Assembly (NCBI GenBank): GCA_964402325.1
Contig: CAYOBI010000001.1
Coordinates: 8,466-72,465, forward strand
Length of the DNA: 64,000 nt
Direction of reading: 5' to 3'
Source of the DNA: an uncultured Propionibacteriaceae bacterium
GTDB taxonomy: Bacteria > Actinomycetota > Actinomycetes > Propionibacteriales > Propionibacteriaceae
The notes beneath the pieces were generated by a model, which worked only from the letters and a program-made list of their open reading frames with translations, had not been told where the DNA came from and ran no database searches. This document shows positions 60,708 to 64,000 of the stretch, piece after piece. The position numbers were made by a program, and so were the translations under genes. Each line of letters begins with the position of its first letter. Positions within the stretch are counted from its first letter, which is position 1.

Positions 60708-62234
60708 ATGCGCTTGGGCATCGACTTCGGCACCACTCGCACCACCGCAGCGAGCGTCGATCGCGGCAACTACCCGGTGGTCAGCTTCCTGGACCCGGCC
60801 GGGGACTCGCACGAATACTTCCCCTCCGTCGTCGCCCTCGTCGGCGACGGCTACCGCTACGGCTTCGAGGCGCTGGAGGCCGCCGAGCAGGGCGCTCCTC
60901 TGCTCCGGTCGTTCAAGCGGGCCCTCGGCGCCGGCGACGTGAACGCCGACTCCACCATCACCGTCGGCGACCGCGAGGTGCTGCTGCTCGACCTGCTCAC
61001 CGGGTTCCTGGTGGCCGTCCGGGACGCCCTGGCGACGGACTCGAGCGTCGCCGACGCGTACGATCCGGTGACCGCGGAGGCGACGGTGGTCGCCGTCCCG
61101 GCCCATGCCCACGGCGCCCAGCGCTTCCTCACCCTGGAGGCCTTCCGACGGGCCGGGATCTCGGTCACCGCGATGATCAACGAGCCCTCGGCGGCAGGCT
61201 TCGAGTACACCCACCGCCAGGGCCGGACGCTGAACTCCAAGCGGACCCGGGTGATCGTCTACGACCTCGGCGGGGGCACGTTCGACGCCTCGCTGGTCAA
61301 CGTCGACGGCATCGACCACGAGATCGTCGGGTCGCTCGGCCTCAACATGCTCGGCGGCGACGACTTCGACGCGGTGCTGGCCGACTGCGCCCTCGAGGCG
61401 GCGGGGCGTACCCCCGACGACCTCGACCTGCCCACGTACGTCCGACTCCTCGACGACTGCCGGGACGCGAAGGAGCACCTCTCCCCGCAGTCGCGGCGGA
61501 TCCCGGTCGAGGTCGACGGCCAGCCGGTGATCGTCCGGGTCGAGGACTTCTACACCCGGGCGACCCCGCTGGTGGAGGCGTCGCTGCAGGCGATGTCGCC
61601 CCTGGTGGAGGACCTCGAGGGGGACGCGCCGTTGGCCGCCGACATCGCCGGCATCTACCTGGTCGGCGGGGCCTCCGGGCTGCCGCTGGTCCCGCGCCTG
61701 CTGAAGGACAGGTTCGGCCGACGGGTGCACCGCTCCCCCTACCCCGCCGCGTCCACCGCCATCGGGCTGGCGATCGCCGCCGACGACGAGGCCGGGTACT
61801 CGCTGGCCGACCGGCTGTCCCGGTGGTTCGGCGTGTTCCGCGAGGGCGACGCGGGCTCCACCGTGAGCTTCGACCCGATCCTGGGGCGCGACCAGCCGAT
61901 CCCGGACCACGGCGACCTGGTCATCACCCGGCGCTACCGGGCCGCCCACAACGTCGGCTGGTACCGGTTCGTCGAGTACACCGAGGTCGATCCGGCCGGC
62001 GAGCCGCGTGGTGACATCGCCCCCGTCGCCCAGATCGTCTTCCCCTTCGATCCCGCACTGCAGGCCGAGGGCATCGACGTCGAGACGGTCCCGGTGTCCC
62101 GTGCGCAGGGTCCGATGGTCGAGGAGCACTACGCGATCGACGCCAACGGCATCGTCCGGGTCCGGATCACCGACCTGACCACGGGCTACACCCGGACGCA
62201 CGCGTTCAGTCGACCCCTCGCCGAGGCCGCCTGA
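60708..62234 (+). CDS. non-canonical Hsp70-family protein (NBD + beta-sandwich, no helical lid)
   Basis: ORF 60708..62234. Actin-like ATPase motifs: GIDFGTTRT, VYDLGGGTFDAS, IYLVGGASGLP. About 130 aa of beta-rich C-terminal domain follow. At 508 aa it ends where the DnaK lid would begin. Confidence 0.8.
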   Translation: MRLGIDFGTTRTTAASVDRGNYPVVSFLDPAGDSHEYFPSVVALVGDGYRYGFEALEAAEQGAPLLRSFKRALGAGDVNADSTITVGDREVLLLDLLTGFLVAVRDALATDSSVADAYDPVTAEATVVAVPAHAHGAQRFLTLEAFRRAGISVTAMINEPSAAGFEYTHRQGRTLNSKRTRVIVYDLGGGTFDASLVNVDGIDHEIVGSLGLNMLGGDDFDAVLADCALEAAGRTPDDLDLPTYVRLLDDCRDAKEHLSPQSRRIPVEVDGQPVIVRVEDFYTRATPLVEASLQAMSPLVEDLEGDAPLAADIAGIYLVGGASGLPLVPRLLKDRFGRRVHRSPYPAASTAIGLAIAADDEAGYSLADRLSRWFGVFREGDAGSTVSFDPILGRDQPIPDHGDLVITRRYRAAHNVGWYRFVEYTEVDPAGEPRGDIAPVAQIVFPFDPALQAEGIDVETVPVSRAQGPMVEEHYAIDANGIVRVRITDLTTGYTRTHAFSRPLAEAA

Positions 62235-62237
62235 GCC

Positions 62238-62726
62238 TCAGGCGCCGGCCGAGGCCGACGGGGAGGCAGTGGTCGACGGGGACGAGGTCGAGGGCGACCA
62301 GGGCGCCGTCGGGGTGGTGAGGGCCGGGGTGTGCACCGACAGCCTGTTGCCGCTGACGGTCACCGGGTACTCGGCCAGGGCCCTGACCGCGGGGCCGTGC
62401 ACCGGGTGCCCGTCGGTGATCGAGTAGCGGCTGCCGTGGCAGTCGCACTGGATCTGCTGGTCCTTGACCCGGGCCACCTGGCAGCCGGCGTGGGCACAGA
62501 TGTTGGTGAAGGCGTGGAACTGCCCGGCCGTGGGCTGGGTGATCACGTACTTGCCCTTGGTCAGGACGATGCCACCGCCCACCGGGATCTCACCGGTCGG
62601 GAGGTCCTCCCCGGTCTGTTGGGCGGCGGTGCTGCAGCCGCCGAGGAAAGACGAACCGGCGACCGCAGCAGCGGCCAGTCCGGTGGCGCTGAGGACACTG
62701 CGGCGGGTGAAGAACGACACAGCCAT
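62238..62726 (-). CDS. Rieske (2Fe-2S) domain lipoprotein with a Tat-type signal
   Basis: ORF 62238..62726. It has a twin-arginine motif FTRRSVLS and the lipobox FLGGC. The Rieske ligands are CAHAGC and CDCHGS. The C-terminal tail is Ser/Thr/Pro-rich. Confidence 0.8.
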   Translation of the reverse strand: MAVSFFTRRSVLSATGLAAAAVAGSSFLGGCSTAAQQTGEDLPTGEIPVGGGIVLTKGKYVITQPTAGQFHAFTNICAHAGCQVARVKDQQIQCDCHGSRYSITDGHPVHGPAVRALAEYPVTVSGNRLSVHTPALTTPTAPWSPSTSSPSTTASPSASAGA

Positions 62727-62820
62727 GACGGACTCCTGGATGACGGCGAGCCCGGGGCTCCGAAGCCCGGGGCCCGGGCGACAACCTGTGATCCATGCTA
62801 GGACAGGCCAGAATGGGCGG

Positions 62821-63474
62821 GTGAGAACTCACAGCATCATCTGGGACATGGGCGGCACGCTGATCGACACCTACCCGTCGGTGGACCGTACCCTCGCCGC
62901 GGTCGCCGCCCGCCACGGACACGCCCTGGCGGAGGCGGACGTGGCCCGGATGACGCGGCACGCGATCGCCTGGGCGATCGACGAGCTTTCCGAGCGGTAC
63001 GCGGTCCCGCACGCGGAGCTGGACGCGGCGTACGCCGCCCTCAAGCGGTCCTGGGCCGTCTCTCCCCCGCCGGTGATGGCCGGGGCCCGTGAGGTGATCG
63101 ACCACGTCCGCCGGATCGGCGGGCTCAACATCGTCGTGACCAACCGGGACCGGACCAGCGCCGGCGCGCTGCTCGCCGCGACCGGCCTGGCGATGGACGA
63201 CCTGGTCTGTCCCGGTGACGGCTACCCGCGCAAGCCCGACCCGGCGATGTACCGCGCTGTGCTGGACCGCAACCACCTCGACCCGGCCGACTGCCTGGCG
63301 GTCGGTGACCGGGCGATCGACGCCGTCGCCTCGGAGCAGGTCGGCGTGCGGTGCGTGATCCTGGAGACCCCGGGGATCCCGGTGGCCGGGGACGGGGAAC
63401 GGATCACCGACCTGCGCCGGTTGCTCGACCACCTGGCCCCCGGATCGACCCCGTCTCAGCATCCCTCGACGTAG
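62821..63474 (+). CDS. HAD-superfamily hydrolase
   Basis: In frame with ORF 62464..63474 from GTG 62821. Motif I IIWDMGGTL, motif II VVTN, and motifs III/IV KPDP...VGDRAIDAVA. Confidence 0.8.
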   Translation: MRTHSIIWDMGGTLIDTYPSVDRTLAAVAARHGHALAEADVARMTRHAIAWAIDELSERYAVPHAELDAAYAALKRSWAVSPPPVMAGAREVIDHVRRIGGLNIVVTNRDRTSAGALLAATGLAMDDLVCPGDGYPRKPDPAMYRAVLDRNHLDPADCLAVGDRAIDAVASEQVGVRCVILETPGIPVAGDGERITDLRRLLDHLAPGSTPSQHPST

Positions 63475-63833
63475 TACCAGGCCCCGCCCACCCGCTCGAA
63501 CCGGCTGCGCTCCCGCAGGATGCCGCGGTCGGCGCCGACGCGGTAGTGCGCGGCGAAGGTCACCCACCCCTCGGTCGCGCCCGGTCCGCCGTCGACGACG
63601 TCGAGCACCTCCAGGCGACGCCAGGTCAGCCCGGGCTGTGACGTCAGGTCGTCCGGTCGGGTCCGTGCGGCCCAGGTGCGGGCCACATAGGCCAGATCGC
63701 CCCGGGCGTACGCGCTGTAGCGCGCCCGCATCAGCGCCTCCGCCGACTCCGCCGGGCGACTGCCGTCATGACGCGGGCCGCAGCAGTCCCCGTACGGAAG
63801 GCCGCTCTGGCAGGGACAGAAGTCGGTCGGCAC
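63456..63833 (-). CDS. YchJ-family protein (SEC-C metal-binding motif + UPF0225 domain)
   Basis: ORF 63456..63833. Motifs: CPCQSGLPYGDCCGP, LMRARYSAYA. The 3' end overlaps the HAD gene by 19 nt (convergent). Confidence 0.8.
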   Translation of the reverse strand: MPTDFCPCQSGLPYGDCCGPRHDGSRPAESAEALMRARYSAYARGDLAYVARTWAARTRPDDLTSQPGLTWRRLEVLDVVDGGPGATEGWVTFAAHYRVGADRGILRERSRFERVGGAWYYVEGC

Positions 63834-63906
63834 GGGACTCCTTCGGGGGGACAGGACTCGTGCCCGGCCGATCGGCCGGGCACGAGGAGGGAACGGATCG
63901 AGGCGA

Positions 63907-64000
63907 TCAGGCCAGGGCGGCCAGTGCGGCGTCGTAGTCCGGCTCGGTGGTGATCTCCGGGACCAGCTCGGAGTGCAGCACGGTGCCGTCGGTGCCGATC
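63907..64000 (-). CDS. 3' end of an unidentified gene running off the window
   Basis: The reverse frame ends ...IGTDGTVLHSELVPEITTEPDYDAALAALA followed by a stop (TCA at 63907-63909). Composition is plausible. It is too short to assign. Confidence 0.35.
   Translation of the reverse strand, partial: IGTDGTVLHSELVPEITTEPDYDAALAALA

Noticed and set aside
60495-62201. 568-aa minus-strand ORF opposite the Hsp70-like gene
   Set aside because: It is an antisense shadow. The + frame carries all the actin-fold ATPase motifs.

Overview
Very GC-rich segment (about 70% by eye, not computed), most consistent with an actinobacterial chromosome. It is gene-dense, with about 65 protein-coding genes. I saw no rRNA, tRNA, CRISPR array, transposase, integrase or recognisable defence island.

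Calls rest on the supplied ORF track plus motif recognition. In each region the real frame has a balanced amino-acid composition and family motifs, while the overlapping alternative or antisense frames are Arg/Pro/Gly-rich. Start codons were refined by homology-style N-termini, Shine-Dalgarno-like purine runs, and ATGA/GTGA stop-start overlaps.

Most of the content is housekeeping, transport and metabolism:
- glutaminase-STAS with a divergent GntR regulator, an NfeD-SPFH pair, and a SWIM-SNF2 helicase
- a MacB/FtsX-type ABC exporter, GNAT, FAD oxidase and LuxR
- Amt behind a phased GlnR-box-like array
- a PanE-like reductase followed by two tandem GH114 glycosidases
- ExoIII, an RCK cation channel and an L,D-transpeptidase
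- a YeiH-like transporter and a xylose-type sugar ABC importer
- a two-domain LigD
- a ZIP transporter behind a DtxR/IdeR-like iron box
- MFS and TetR genes with palindromic candidate operators around the TetR start, an APC permease, ALDH, PAS and ArfB
- an ABC-2 exporter with a decayed adaptor gene
- pirin, Zn-ADH, GlnRS, FKBP and DedA
- GtrA-DprE1-PAC2, an extradiol dioxygenase, GlpX and a Rieske lipoprotein

The best candidates for something undescribed are:
1. The tandem GH114 pair, where one copy has no signal peptide and the other is a secreted coiled-coil::GH114 fusion (16647-19204).
2. A translationally coupled polytopic-membrane protein plus membrane-anchored Ser-Asp-His hydrolase-like pair directly upstream of glnS (47998-49772).
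3. A SatD-like regulator, a small membrane protein and a lidless Hsp70 cluster (59513-62234).

None of these can be assigned a function from sequence alone. Three gene remnants (FGGY kinase, ynfA, HlyD adaptor) show local gene decay.
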